From positions 32,001 through 96,000 of the forward strand of contig CAWEHK010000008.1 of the NCBI GenBank assembly GCA_963808625.1: a DNA stretch of 64,000 bases. The letters run 5' to 3'. Below are positions 11,989 to 24,361 of this stretch, piece by piece. Within the stretch, counting starts at the first letter, position 1, and every line of letters starts with the position of its first letter. The position numbers and the translations under genes were made by a program. The notes under the pieces are model-generated. The model was not told where the DNA came from. It was given only the letters and a program-made list of their open reading frames with translations, and ran no database searches. The DNA comes from an uncultured delta proteobacterium. GTDB taxonomy: Bacteria; Desulfobacterota; Syntrophobacteria; Syntrophobacterales; Syntrophobacteraceae.

Positions 11989-13810
11989 ATGTCACATCAT
12001 GATCAGGCATCGGAGCTAGCGTCGACGATTGCCAAAACCAGTGGAAGACATTCGCTTTTTGAGGAGGAAATCCGGAAGCTTCCGGTTCCCGTTTGTTCGG
12101 TGTTCCTCAATACGGCAGGGAAAATCTGCCCCGCGGCCTTCAGAGAAACCGAGACCGTGCTGCAGAGCAAAGACCATGAGCGGACTGCCGAGGTCTTTCC
12201 AATAACCGTTGGCAAGAACCGAAATGTCGTTCTCGAAGCGACTCCCCAGCCGGTCCCCGAGGCGATTACCGGAAAACGTGTTGCCGTGCTCTTTTCCGGC
12301 GGACCTGCGGCAGGCGGTCACAATGTGCTGGCCGGTCTCAAGGCCGCCCTGGGCAAGGACAACACCCTGCTTGGTGTCAAAAAGGGACCCAAAGGGCTGA
12401 TCAACGGCGATGTCTTTGAGATCAGCTGCAAACATATCGAGGGCATCATCAATACCGGCGGCTTCGACATGCTGGGGACCGACCGAACGAAAATCAAGAG
12501 CCCTGAACAGTTCGCCAAAGTCAAAGAGACGGTGCTCAATAACAAATTAGATGGCCTCATCGTCATTGGCGGAGACGATTCGAACACCAATGCCGCATTC
12601 ATTGCCGAATACCTGGAGAGGGAAGGCGTGAAGTGCAGTGTCATCGGGATTCCCAAAACCATCGACGGGGACCTGGCGGTCGGCAAATACCTGCCCATTT
12701 CGTTTGGTTACGATACGGCTTCGAAGATCTACTCGGAAATGGTCGGCAATTTGACGCAGGATGCGGCCTCTGCGGTAAAATACTGGCATTTCGTGAAAGC
12801 TCATGGGACGCACGGCCAGCAAGATCACCCTGGAGGTGGCTCTCCAGACCAAGCCCGCGGTTGCTTTGATCTCCGAAGAAGTGGCCGAAAAGAACATGTC
12901 CCTCGATGACATCGTAAATTACATCGTGGATACCATCACCGATCGCCGTTTGAAAGGGATCAATCATGGTGTGGTGCTGGTGCCGGAAGGGCTGGTCGAG
13001 TTTATCCCCGAGATGAGGACCCTCATCCAGGAACTCAACAGGGTGCTGGCCGAATATGAAGCCGACATCAAGGACCTTCCTGCCATGAAGAACAAACAGG
13101 AGTTCATTTATCCTCTGTTGTCGCCCCAATCCGCTCAGCTTATGGCTTCCCTGCCCGATGAAATAGAGGAGATGCTGATCCTGGATCGTGATGAGCATGG
13201 TAATGTCAAGGTTTCCCAGATCGAAACGGAGAAATTGCTGATTGATAAGATCCGGTACCGGGTTTCCGAAATCAAGCGGCATCCTGAGAAATTCTTCGGA
13301 AAGGGTAAGGGAAAAATCGACGCCACCCCGGAACAGATCGAAAAGGTCAAAAGTCTGAGCCTCTCCACCCAGTCGCACTTCCTCGGCTACGAAGGCCGCT
13401 GCGGCAAACCCACACCGTTCGATGCAGCCTTCACCTTCAATCTCGGCTTGACCGCCGGCTCCCTCGTTTTGGCCGGGAAAACCGGTTACATGGCTGCGGT
13501 GACCGATTTCGACAAAGGCGGCAGAGCTCTCGCCCTGCCCCTCTCCGGCCTGATTACCGGTGAAATGAGGAAGGGAAAACCGGAGGCGGTCATCGAGAAA
13601 TCGCTCGTCGAGCTCACCTCTCCCTCCTTCAGGGTCTTCGCCGAAAACCGCGAAAAGTGGGCCCACGGAGACCTCTTTAGCAGCCCCGGCCCCATTCAGC
13701 ACTGGGGACCAACAAGCAAACAAATCCCCGTCTCCGTCGCCCTGGACCAGGGTTATGAGGACTACAAAAGCTTCCACCTCGGGGAGGAGCGGAAACTCGA
13801 GTTAGAATAG
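11989..13810 (+). CDS. pfp: Pyrophosphate-dependent phosphofructokinase, long clade (frameshift ~12800)
   Basis: SGGPAAGGHNV, GGDDSNTNA (GGDD = PPi type), PKTIDGD, MGR, GYEGRC. Confidence 0.88.
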
Positions 13811-13867
13811 AAACAAAGGATGAGGTTCGAAGCTATTTTGAGAAGTTCGGGCAGCGGGAGAAATTCG

Positions 13868-14071
13868 ATGAGCTTACCGGTAGAAGATAAGAGATTGCTC
13901 ATCCTGGAGATTGATCTCCCACTGACCCCGGAGGATTTTCAGGCCATGCGTCAACCTCCCCGCGAGGAGGATCGCAATCTTTTGGGCTATCTTACCTTTC
14001 TGGAAGAGATCGGGGCGTTTGCATCAAAGAAAACCGAGGTGAAGATCTACTCAGAAGAGTTCAAACTTTAG
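13868..14071 (+). CDS. Small hypothetical protein
   Basis: 67-codon ORF with GGGAGA RBS; no motif recognised. Confidence 0.5.
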   Translation: MSLPVEDKRLLILEIDLPLTPEDFQAMRQPPREEDRNLLGYLTFLEEIGAFASKKTEVKIYSEEFKL

Positions 14072-14199
14072 ACTCCACAAGATATGAACGCCCCTAATCG
14101 TTCTGAAGCAAGCAACCCTGTAGGTTGGGTGCAGCGGAGCGGAACCCGACAGCGCCTTGCACAGGCAACAAGCAAAGGTTTCAACCTTGTCAGGTATCT

Positions 14200-17100
14200 C
14201 TATGATCCTTGGGTTTGGCGTTCTGAGCAGACCGATTGAAAGAGTCTCTCGAATCCGTTGCGATCACGTTGGCTCGGGACCTCGGGGGCGTCAGCACCCA
14301 TTTCCTTGAGATCAATGCCGGTGACGACGTCACGCTGAATCAATTCCTTCAGCGCCAGGCGGGCAAGTCCCATTTTCCGCAAGTGATCCCGCACTCGAAA
14401 ATATAAGACCCGCTTCGCTTCATCCAACACCGTGAAGCCGAAATTAAATTCCAGCCTTTCCAACCCTTCCGGTCTTGGCGGCAGGATGACAAGTTTCAGC
14501 GGGATGATGGTAATTTTCTCTTCGATCAGCTCCGCATTTCGTCTTATGAAAGAATGCAGTAGTTGAATTTCGAGGAAATTGAGGCTCGGCTCGCCGGCTT
14601 CCTTCACGCTGAGACGTTGTGCCACTTCGACGCTACCAAGCTCCAGCCCCAGATACCTTTGACAGAATCCCTGAAAGCGTGCGCCAAAGTTGCAGGCGCT
14701 GATTGCCCAGGTTACGCGGAACATTCCCGACCATGACCAATGCCTGAAGAGGTTCATCCAGCCCCGATTGTCAGGATGGTCATAGTTTTGCTTCAGGTTG
14801 AGGTCATGGTAAACGTTTTCCATTAACTGGATTACCGAGTTACAGAGATAAAAACCGCCGCGAAGTTCCTCGTACTTTTTTGGCAACCACCATTCGGGTC
14901 CCTTCTTAACGTCGCCGGTCGCGTGCAGGCTGAGACTTTCCCATTCCGGGCAAATTTGCGCATCGAGGAACTTCAGGTTCTCATCCTTCCGAATCCTCTC
15001 AAGAATCCCGTCCATGGCCTGGGCGTGTCTGGTGAAAGCAGCACGCACGTCGAAACTGGGAGGATACCAAACCTGTCGCAACTCGGATAAGAGCGCCTCC
15101 GGATCGACGTCTGATCTTAGCTGATTGGTTTTCTTGAGCTTTTCGACCACCTCTTTAAAAACCGATGAGGCAACATGATAGCCAAGCTTACGGTAGCTTT
15201 CGAATTGCGCTTCATCAAACCACTGATCTGCCGTTGTCTCGTGGGGAAACTCCGGATTGCTCGCATGGTAGCTGAGCAGGTCGGTCGGTTCATCTCCCGT
15301 AAGCGACGTCTTGAGGAAAACGAGCGTGCCGGCAGTTGCGTCACGGTCCACTCGTTCATAATGAATGGCGCCGATGGCACAATGCCAGAGGCTGCGGTTC
15401 GAGTCACCCTGAGGCCTGATGGGGTTGACATCAATCTCGATCTCAATGCCGAAGTCCGCATTGCATTTCCTGATGGCATTGCCAAGGTCAGCGAACGCAA
15501 ATTTACCGTCCTCAGTCGCATCGCAGGCCACGATGAAATGGCAGCGCCGCTTCACCAATTCATAGATGCCAAGATTCTCAAAGTGTCCCCCATCGGACAG
15601 GTAGACAAAGCTCGAATCGGCATTGGAAAGACCAAACAGTTCCTCCATCAGATATTTGAGCCCAAACCGAGGCCCGGGCTCCATCCATTTGGACTGGGCG
15701 GGATTTCCAACCCACCAGCCCAGGCGCACGTTAAAGATCGTGAGAAGAAATGCCAGAGGTGGTGAGGAGTGGTATCCCATGTTCGGGCTGGCGGCAGCTC
15801 CGGAGATGGCCAATGCCGTCCCCAGGGAGATGCCTCCATCGGGATTGGTGAAATTGATCGTCGGGCGGTAACATCCCGTCAACTGGTGGTCTGCATCCTT
15901 CCTGCCACCACCCGGCCCGCCATCAGCGGAAGGCCATTCATAGCCGCAGAAGCGCGGCGTGAATACAAAAGACGCCGCTTTCCTCTGCTGCCACGCGAGC
16001 TCCTTCCCTCCAACCAGATTCAAAGCGGCATTAATGATCAAGTAAGGTCCCCGGTAGATCATGCCATCTTTGCGGGGTTCCGATGGGGAAAGCTCTTTGA
16101 GTCTCAGGTCGTCATTGGCGGAAAATCCGGTGAACGGCTGGGGTTTGCGAGAACGATTGGAGGCCCCCAAATAGCAGCGCGTAAGTCGATTCCGATAAAG
16201 GTGGTGCATCGAAAATTCGTTAATGTCTACACGCAATGATAGAGCACCCATCAATAATGAGAAACCGAGAAACAAGAGAAACAAGAACTTGCCGTCCAGC
16301 GTCAGATTCATGGTGTAGAAATAACATCCGATGAGACCATCGAGGGCGCTCGCTCCGGCCGCAGGTGCACAGCTGTAATCTTGACCATATTCGGTCATGA
16401 TTCTGGTTAATTGCGGGATCAGCCACTCATTCAACATCGCTGCCGAAAGGACCGACAGCAAAATGAACAGGCCGACGACAAAGATGCCCGGCGTGAACAA
16501 GGCGATCATTTCAATCCAGTTCTTGGCCCCTGGCTTGCCCGCTTTCGAGCTTTTGGCTGCAATGACACCTCCGATTGTCGAAACCAACCACCCTGAAGTC
16601 AGGCACCATTTGACCCAATCCTCCGCGAACTTCAGCTTAAGAACCAGAGGACCGTAAATGGCAATCCCGAAGCCTCCCCCCCAAACCAGCATGACAATGA
16701 GGAGCCACCCACCCAGGCGGCTCCACCACTCCCGCTTTTCCTCGGGGAATTCTCTGCCCATCAAGCCTATATGCAAGGCGACAATAGCCGAAAAAACCAG
16801 AATCATAATGGGTGGGCCGAAACTCACGATACCCCATAGCCCCGACAAACCGCTGTAGAGCTCACCCAGGAGACTGGCGCAGCCCCACATCAGAAGGCCG
16901 CCAAAAAATCCTGCCAGCGGAGCGGAAAGCCAGACGGCTCGTTTCAAAACCTTCTGTTCGCCTGACCTATCCTGCCGGGTAATCGTCGCGGGTGGCCCAT
17001 CCTGAACCTTTGATTTTCTCTCCAGGATTTTCCCCTGTGCCCATTGGGAAAACTGACCGGTCGACCAGCAAAGCACCCATAGCAGGAGATATCCTGCGGC

Positions 17101-18179
17101 GCCGCCGAATGCCCAATGACTCCATTTCATCTGATTCACGGCTGGGATCGCCGAAACCATGTAACTTATAAGCAAAGCCGCCACCACAACAGGTAAAACA
17201 ACGAGCCATAGAATCCCGCGTTGACTGACATAGAACGGCGCCTTTGCCGTTATCCCGGCTGACGAAGGGCCAAGATTAAGGGTGATGGTCAGGAGGCTCA
17301 CTGAGAGAAGCACGATGGTAAGGGGAATGAAGATAAATGGAACCAAACTCACGTACAATGATTCTTTCAAGGGTGTCAGTGCCCACACCAGAAGGCGAGG
17401 AATGATAAGAAGGCTGAAGAGGCCGGCTGAAAGAATGGTGAGGTTGAGGCACAGGTTGCGCGAATAGGTGGACACCACCGACCATGCATCAGCACTGAAC
17501 AGTCCCGTTTTGGGGGTGATGTAGTTGCTGTACCTCCGAAGAAAGCTGATGGCCGCAGGTTCGTGCCTCGTTCGCTGCTCGTTGACTACTGGATTTTGGG
17601 GCACGGCAGGGTCGGAAAAATCCGGCGCGATCTCTTCCTCCACCCCGGGCAGCAAGGGTTCGCGCCTGATCAGGGCGGAGAACCAGCTTCCGATGTAACC
17701 CCCTCCCGATACTGTCGAAAGGTAATCGAAGAGGCGCAGCAATCTTCAACTCGGCGAATGCCTGCAAGACACCAAGGTTGAAGGTGGCGCTTCGAATTCC
17801 GCCCCCGGAGAAAGCGAGGCCCACAAGCTGAGCATGGTGGGCATCTTCCACTCCGCGTTCCTGCTGCAATACCTCGCTGTGGAAATTGCAGCCGTCTTTT
17901 GCGCGAGAGGCTGATTTCAAAGAGTTCCCTTTTCAAGATATCCGTAAACGTATATCCATCCTTCTGTTCATCAAGGAAAAAAATCTGCCGCCACGTTTCG
18001 GGATTGGTAATCACATCTTCTGCCAGGTTGTGATCGTGCTGGAAGGCTTTAACGGCCCTTACCGTTTCTTCATCAAAGTTCCCATGAATCTCGCCCCGAT
18101 AGTATCCCAACTCTGCCAGGCGGGTTTGAATCATTTCCACCGTTTCCGATCTGAGCATGCTCTGATCGCTTGGCATCAA
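14200..18179 (-). CDS. Large membrane patatin/cPLA2-like phospholipase with N-terminal peptidoglycan-binding domain (frameshifts ~17745 and ~17880)
   Basis: IQTRLAELGYY.G.I.G.FD..T..AVKAFQ (PG_binding_1); GLAFSGGGIRSATF, LSTVSGG, SDGGHFENLG; many TM segments. Confidence 0.8.
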
Positions 18180-18194
18180 TGCCTCCTTCCTCGG

Positions 18195-19772
18195 CTATCC
18201 TGATTCAACGGGGAGCGTGACCACGACCTGGCAGCCCTGCCCCAGAGTGCTTTTGATTTCGATATTGCCCCGATGGACTTTGATGATTCCATAGGAAACC
18301 GCCAGCCCCAGTCCTGTGCCCATTTCCTTGGTAGTGAAAAACGGGTCGAAAAGCTTGTCCAGGTTTTGCGCGGTTATGCCCGGGCCATTGTCTTCGAAAT
18401 AGATAACCGCCTGGGAGCGCTCCGGAAGGTGCTCGGTCCGGATCGTTATGGTTCCCCCGTTGGTCATGGCTTCGGAGGCGTTGACCACGATATTGAAAAA
18501 GACCTGCTTGAGCTGGTCCCGGTCTGCCATCAACGGCGGGACCTCGCCCTCCATTTCCCTCACCAGGTGAATGTTCTGGAAGGATTCCTGGTTCGCCACG
18601 ATGTTCAGGACCTCCGTCAGGAGCACACGAATATCGACGGAACGCTTTTCGGGGGCCGTCTGCCGTGAAAACTCGAGGAGCCCGCGCACAATTTTTCGGC
18701 AGCGCAGGGTCTCCTGATGGATCACTTTGAGGTCCTGGTAGGCGGTGCTTTCCGGGGGAAATTGTTCCATCAGGAGCTGGCTGAAGGTGAGGACGCCGGT
18801 GAGAGGATTATTGATCTCATGGGCCACACCCGCCGCGAGTTTTCCGACGGATGCCAGCTTCTCACTCCGCACGAGCCGCTCCTGGGCTTCCCGCAGGTCG
18901 CGGGTGCGCTCATCCACGAGATGTTCCAGCCGGTTGCCCCACTCCGTGAGCGCGGTTTTTGCCCGCTTCAAATCCTGGGTCATTTGATTGAACGAGCGGG
19001 CGAAAATGCCCAACTCATCCTCTGTGCGAATCGGGATTTGAAAATCCAGGTCCCCCTGAGCCACGCGATGGGTGCCCTCGATGAGCTGTCTCACCGGTTG
19101 ATTCAGAAAGCGGTTCATCAGGAACTTGATGAGGCAGGCAAGAGAAATGAGCGTCGCCAGGCCGATCAGGACGAGATTCACTTCCGCTGCCACAATGCGC
19201 TCATCCGTCGGCTGCAGGGAAACGTCAATGTCGAGCACCCCCAAGACTTTCTGCTCCGGAGGGTGGACATGGCAGGCGGCATTGTAACAATCGGGTTCGT
19301 TGTAGATGGGATTGATGATGCCGAGCACCCGGTATCCTCCCGGGGCGCGAAAAATCCTGGTGCGCTCGGGCATGGCCAGCCTTTCCAGCGGCTTTTCGGC
19401 GGCATGGCAGGCGTAGCACTGCTCGGCCCGCTTATCCACCAGCATGTTCATCTCCGCCTTGTCCGAGGAATAGATGATCTCCCCCAGGGAATTGAAAATC
19501 CGCATCTTATCGAGAGATGGCTGGGCCCCGAGCGTGTCCACCAACTGGTGAAGGCGGTCGGGGGCATAGAGAAGCATGTCCTTGCGGGTACTGAGTTTTA
19601 CGGTATCGCTGAGGATATTGGCGCTTCTGATGACTTCTTCGATGAGCTGCTTGCGCTGATTCTGGATGGCGAAGTAGGTATAGGCGGTAATCAGAACGAT
19701 CACCAGGAGACTGGTCAGGACGCTCATTTTGGCGCCGATGCGCTGGTGCCAGGCCAGCTTTTTCAGCCACAT
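18195..19772 (-). CDS. Sensor histidine kinase (HAMP-HisKA-HATPase) with periplasmic heme-c-type motifs
   Basis: Two TMs; CYACH and CYNAACH; AHEINNPL, NASEAM, DNGPG, FFTTK, GTGLGL. Confidence 0.9.
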   Translation of the reverse strand: MWLKKLAWHQRIGAKMSVLTSLLVIVLITAYTYFAIQNQRKQLIEEVIRSANILSDTVKLSTRKDMLLYAPDRLHQLVDTLGAQPSLDKMRIFNSLGEIIYSSDKAEMNMLVDKRAEQCYACHAAEKPLERLAMPERTRIFRAPGGYRVLGIINPIYNEPDCYNAACHVHPPEQKVLGVLDIDVSLQPTDERIVAAEVNLVLIGLATLISLACLIKFLMNRFLNQPVRQLIEGTHRVAQGDLDFQIPIRTEDELGIFARSFNQMTQDLKRAKTALTEWGNRLEHLVDERTRDLREAQERLVRSEKLASVGKLAAGVAHEINNPLTGVLTFSQLLMEQFPPESTAYQDLKVIHQETLRCRKIVRGLLEFSRQTAPEKRSVDIRVLLTEVLNIVANQESFQNIHLVREMEGEVPPLMADRDQLKQVFFNIVVNASEAMTNGGTITIRTEHLPERSQAVIYFEDNGPGITAQNLDKLFDPFFTTKEMGTGLGLAVSYGIIKVHRGNIEIKSTLGQGCQVVVTLPVESG

Positions 19773-19879
19773 GCGGTGTTCTCCCGTATCAACGTGAGAC
19801 GTTGAAGTCCCTGACCGAAATGGTGATTCAGACTAACTTCCATTACCCACAGGGTCACAACAAAGCATGAAAACCCCCT

Positions 19880-19945
19880 GTGTCATTCCGGCGTACGCCG
19901 GAATCCAGAAGAATAGCCTGGATACCGGCTTTCACCGGTATGACA
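19880..19945. repeat. REP-like palindrome
   Basis: TGTCATTCCGGCG..CGCCGGAATCCAG...CTGGATACCGG..CCGGTATGACA. Confidence 0.65.
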
Positions 19946-20278
19946 GGAGTAATCCCATATAAACCAATTGGCCGGCGACTCTCAAGGATCATTTCCATTG
20001 ACGGATGCATGGAGAAGGCAACGGGCAAACTTTTTCATCAACTGCACCTTCGTCAGCTTGCATTTTTTGCTTCCTGTCCCTATGCTATCTCGCTTGCTCG
20101 TGGAGGGCGCTGCAGGCTCATCCCCCCAGACGCCGGGGTCATGATGAGACTCAACTAAACCCGGATGGCCTACGGTCACAACCAACTATGAAAATGGCGG
20201 CCGCCTGCAATTTTGGCCTTTTTCTGACCACTGGCCACTGACCACCGGCCACTATTTTTTATGCAACAGGACTTGCTG

Positions 20279-22210
20279 ATGACCGTCAAGCTCACTTTTG
20301 ATCCTTATGACATCACTATCGAAGTCCCGGAGGGGGAAAATCTGCTCCGGGCCGCCTCGGATGCCGGTATCCATATCAATGCCTCCTGCGGAGGCGAAGG
20401 CGTGTGCGGCAAATGCAGGATTCTCCTGGAATCGGGGGAACTGGATACGACCCGTTCCGGATTCCTGAGCGATGAAGCCTGGAACCTGGGTTATCGTCAG
20501 GCGTGCCAGTGCCGCCTTCAGTCCGATGCGGTAATCCGGGTCCCGCCTGAATCTCTTTTAGACCACCACACGCTCACGCGCCGCCGCTCAGGGATCGCTC
20601 TGCGCCCAAGCGCCATCGACATCGAAGCTCTGAAGGCATCAGGGTTTTATCATCCTGCTTTCCAAAAGCGGTTCGTCAAACTCCCGCCACCAACCTTACA
20701 TGACAATGTCTGCGATCTCTCCCGTCTGGAGCAGGGTTTGGCCCGCCAACACGCTCTTGGCACGGTCACGATAGACTATTACCTGCTGCGGAAGCTTGCC
20801 CAGGTGATGCGCGAGGGCAATTATCAAATCACCGCCTCTCTCGATTATTCGCGCCGGCGCTATCGCTTTCCGCACATGCTGAACGTTGAGCCCGGCGACA
20901 CCACCCAGCGCCACTTCGCTCTTGCGGTAGATATCGGCACCACCACGGTCTGGGTCCAGTTGGTGGATCTCGCCAAAGGGAAGATTCTCGACCACGCTGC
21001 CGATTACAACGGTCAGATCAGCTATGGGGATGACGTCATCACCCGGATCATTTTCAGCCAGACCGACCAGGGGCTGCAGAAGCTACAGCGTTCGGCGGCG
21101 GCTTCGATCAACCAGATCATGCACCGGTTGCTGAAGCGACACCATTTGTCAGTGGATGAGATTTCGCACCTGACGCTGGCGGCCAATACCACCATGACGC
21201 ACCTTTTCTACGGTCTCGAGTCAAGATATATCCGGCTGGCACCCTACACTCCCGCAGCCTGCAGCATCCCGCTCACGCGGGCGCGCGACCTGGGACTGGA
21301 CCTGCCGCCCCATGTTTTCATCTATTGCGTAAGCTCGGTCGCGAGCTTCGTCGGTGGTGACATTGTCGCCGGGGTGCTCGCCTCGGGCATTTTTAAGGAC
21401 CACAGACTGACCCTCTACATCGATATCGGGACCAACGGCGAGATTGTCATCGGCAATGAAGACTGGCTTGCCTGCGCCGCGTGCTCGGCCGGGCCGGCCT
21501 TCGAGGGCGGCGGCATCCGGTTTGGCATGCGCGCCACCAGCGGCGCCATCGAAGATGTGAGCGTCAATCCCGACACCTATGAACCCATGATCATAACCAT
21601 CGACATGGTGAAACCGAAAGGGATCTGCGGGTCGGGCTTGATCAATCTCCTGGCGGCCCTCATGGAAGCCAATCTCATCGGACCCAACGGCCGGTTCCGG
21701 GACGACCTGGACACGCCCCGGATTCGCATGGGAGAGTTTGGCCGGGAATATGTTCTGGCCACCGCGCCCGACACTCAGAGCGGCCGGGATATCACCCTGA
21801 GTGAAGCCGACGTCGACAACCTCATGCGCGCCAAAGCGGCCATGTTTGCCGGCTATGTGACGCTGCTCCAAAATGTCGGGTACACGCTGCAGGACCTCGA
21901 ACAGGTGATCCTTGCCGGAGCGTTCGGCAATTTCATCAATATCGAAAATGCCATTACCATTGGTCTCCTCCCCGACCTCCCCCGCGAGCGCTTTCAATTC
22001 GTCGGCAACGGCTCCCTCCAGGGCGCCACGCTGCTGGCCTTATCGCGCGAACTGCTGGCCGAGGAGCGCCGGGTAGCGTCGATGATGACCAACTTCGAAC
22101 TCTCGGAAACCCCCGGCTTCATGAACCACTACACCGCCGCCCTCTTTCTCCCGCACACGCAGATGGACCTCTTCCCCACGGTAAAGGAGCGCGTCCAGGG
22201 TCGCAAGTAG
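20279..22210 (+). CDS. ASKHA-domain reductive activator of corrinoid proteins (RACo/DUF4445) with N-terminal 2Fe-2S ferredoxin domain
   Basis: CGGEGVCGKC...C; DIGTTT, YGDDVITRI, FVGGD, DIGTNGE, AGPAFEG, GICGSG, AGAFG. Confidence 0.9.
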   Translation: MTVKLTFDPYDITIEVPEGENLLRAASDAGIHINASCGGEGVCGKCRILLESGELDTTRSGFLSDEAWNLGYRQACQCRLQSDAVIRVPPESLLDHHTLTRRRSGIALRPSAIDIEALKASGFYHPAFQKRFVKLPPPTLHDNVCDLSRLEQGLARQHALGTVTIDYYLLRKLAQVMREGNYQITASLDYSRRRYRFPHMLNVEPGDTTQRHFALAVDIGTTTVWVQLVDLAKGKILDHAADYNGQISYGDDVITRIIFSQTDQGLQKLQRSAAASINQIMHRLLKRHHLSVDEISHLTLAANTTMTHLFYGLESRYIRLAPYTPAACSIPLTRARDLGLDLPPHVFIYCVSSVASFVGGDIVAGVLASGIFKDHRLTLYIDIGTNGEIVIGNEDWLACAACSAGPAFEGGGIRFGMRATSGAIEDVSVNPDTYEPMIITIDMVKPKGICGSGLINLLAALMEANLIGPNGRFRDDLDTPRIRMGEFGREYVLATAPDTQSGRDITLSEADVDNLMRAKAAMFAGYVTLLQNVGYTLQDLEQVILAGAFGNFINIENAITIGLLPDLPRERFQFVGNGSLQGATLLALSRELLAEERRVASMMTNFELSETPGFMNHYTAALFLPHTQMDLFPTVKERVQGRK

Positions 22211-22657
22211 GGCTTACCCACCAGAAAGACGGCCTTGAGTTGGAAGTTTTGAGCCAGTTTCTCATTACAAGTTTGAGAAAAAGGTCAAAGCACGAGCCGG
22301 CAGCAGATTGAATTGGCTCGACTGGAGTTTTCCTGAACTGGGATATCTTTCGTCTTGTATGAGCTACCACAGAAGCGGGCACCCTATCAGAAACCGCTTG
22401 TCGCGAGTCTGTGCATCAAATATATTGAAAAAACAAAGTCATGCGGGAAGTCAGGACACGAGCAGACGCCCATAGGATAGGCCATTCCAGGGCTGAGCCC
22501 ACCTTCTCAGGTTGTGGAGTTATACAGAAACCACAGAATCACTGGCTGATCAGGACACCGTGGGCTTGGGTCGACAATTGGCAATAAATATGCTGAACGC
22601 GAAGCATGCTTCGTGTTTGCCTTCAAAGGAGAATTGTGCACCTCCTGCCCTGGCGCC

Positions 22658-22714
22658 TATCAACCAAAAGTTTCACCTTAGTCCTTTCAGTCACAGGTGA
22701 CCTTTGTGTTGGAG
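22658..22714 (+). other. attC-like recombination site
   Basis: 57 bp, TATCAAC..GTTGGAG ends, imperfect arms CAAC-CAAAAGTT-TCACCT / AGGTGA-CCTTTGT-GTTG. Confidence 0.5.
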
Positions 22715-22742
22715 CACGGAGATTATATCAAGGAGGATTATT

Positions 22743-22895
22743 ATGACCTTATCTAAGAAGGTGTTCATCAGTTACGACAAGGCGGATACTACGTTCGCTC
22801 ATCATTTATCTGAAGATCTAAAGCGTTTAGACGTGGAAGTCTGGATTGCCCCTGAAAGTATTCTGCCCGGCGAAGCTTGGGTCGATGCGATCAAC
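22743..22895 (+). pseudogene. TIR-domain membrane protein, 5' part (interrupted by mobile element)
   Basis: AGGAGG RBS; MTLSKKVFISYDKAD..FA..L..DL....VW.....I.PGE.W.DAIN is a TIR_2 N-terminus. Confidence 0.85.
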
Positions 22896-23269
22896 GTATT
22901 AAGAATTTCGGTGTGGCGCGGGCAAGACGGAGAACTCTCATAGCAGTGCGGACTGAGCCGCCACACAATTCTGGGTTGAACTAAGCCGGGCGGGACATCT
23001 TATTTGGAGTTTGAATACCTGAGGTACCTGAAGGGGGAGTGTGTTTTGACCGGAGAGGGGGACAAAAAGGACAGGACGATGTGTGTGAGGGGGTGAAATG
23101 AGTGTGGTGCACCGAATTGGGACTCCCTTCTGAGGAGAAAAAGGCATCATTCATCTTTGCCTGAGTATTGTTGCCATGAGAACGGCGCAATCGTCCCTTG
23201 TAGCTAAAAGGAGTCTTTTTGCACCGCCCGTTCCTTGCTACTCAAGAAGAACCCCATCGAGAGCCGGTA

Positions 23270-24361
23270 TTATGGAGGCAATCGACCCATGGGTTTAAGA
23301 ACCTCAACATGTATCAGGATGGTCCCGCACTTGGGGCAACGCGGAGCATCCATTTGTTCTTTGGCATCTGAAGAATCTCCTTTTGTCTTGGCTTCAGTCG
23401 GGCCCGCGGCGAGCAGTTCTTTTACCCTTCTTAGCAAATGGCGATTGCCGGGAGCCAAGAAACCATAATACCTGACCTTGATGAATCGATCCGGCAAGAT
23501 GTGGCATAAAAACCTGCGGATAAACTCCTCGGCACTGATCGTACAAAGCTTGATCCGGCCGGTGTCCGGCTCCTTGTACTCGAAAGTGACCCTGCCGTCT
23601 TCCAGTTTGCGGATGCGATTGTTCGTGATGGCTACGCGAAAGATGTAGGGAGCGAGATACTGGAAGGCTTCCTCTCCAGACCCCACAGGCTCACAGTCAA
23701 CCACCCATTCCTTTTTCCACGCGCCGGGATCGATTTCGAGGAAGAGATCGGTTTGTTTAAGCTCATCTCGGAACTTGGCTCTAAAAAGCATGGCGAGTGG
23801 CTTGGTGTGAAAAAGGAAGTCCTTGCGTGATGAAAGCCACTTACTGCCATCGCATGACATGCCTCCTCCGGGAACGAGGTAGTGAATGTGGGGATGATAC
23901 CAAATGTCCCGTGTCCAGGTCTGGAGGACACCCACCATGCCGATGAGTCCTCCGATGAATCTGGGATCTTTTGCAATCTGCTGCATGGCTTCCGCCGAGG
24001 TACGAAAGAGGATATTGTAGAGGAGCTTCTGGTGCCGGCGCACCAGGTTCCGGAATTCCTCGGGAAGAGTGAATGTCACCATGAAATAGGTGATGGGGAG
24101 CAGCAAATGCTTTTGGCTCTCCAGCCACACTCGTGCCTGATCGTTCTGACATTTGGGGCAGTGCCTGTTCTTGCAGGAGTGGTAGCTGTAGCGGTGTTCG
24201 GCGCATGTCTCGCAATAGTAGACATGGCCCCCCATGGCCTCGGTTCGGCATTGCTCGATGTCGTCCATGGCCTCAAGATGGCTCGGGAGCATTCGATGGG
24301 AGAACTTTTCCCGGTACTCAGGTCCATGAAGGCGGAAGATATCCGCTACTTCCGCTTTCAC
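23270..24361 (-). CDS. IS91-family (Y2 HUH) transposase
   Basis: Zn domain CRT..C..C..HSCKNRHCPKC, FMVTFTLP, HUH HPHIH, YLAPY (YxxxY), VRYYGFL. Confidence 0.93.
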   Translation of the reverse strand: MKAEVADIFRLHGPEYREKFSHRMLPSHLEAMDDIEQCRTEAMGGHVYYCETCAEHRYSYHSCKNRHCPKCQNDQARVWLESQKHLLLPITYFMVTFTLPEEFRNLVRRHQKLLYNILFRTSAEAMQQIAKDPRFIGGLIGMVGVLQTWTRDIWYHPHIHYLVPGGGMSCDGSKWLSSRKDFLFHTKPLAMLFRAKFRDELKQTDLFLEIDPGAWKKEWVVDCEPVGSGEEAFQYLAPYIFRVAITNNRIRKLEDGRVTFEYKEPDTGRIKLCTISAEEFIRRFLCHILPDRFIKVRYYGFLAPGNRHLLRRVKELLAAGPTEAKTKGDSSDAKEQMDAPRCPKCGTILIHVEVLKPMGRLPP

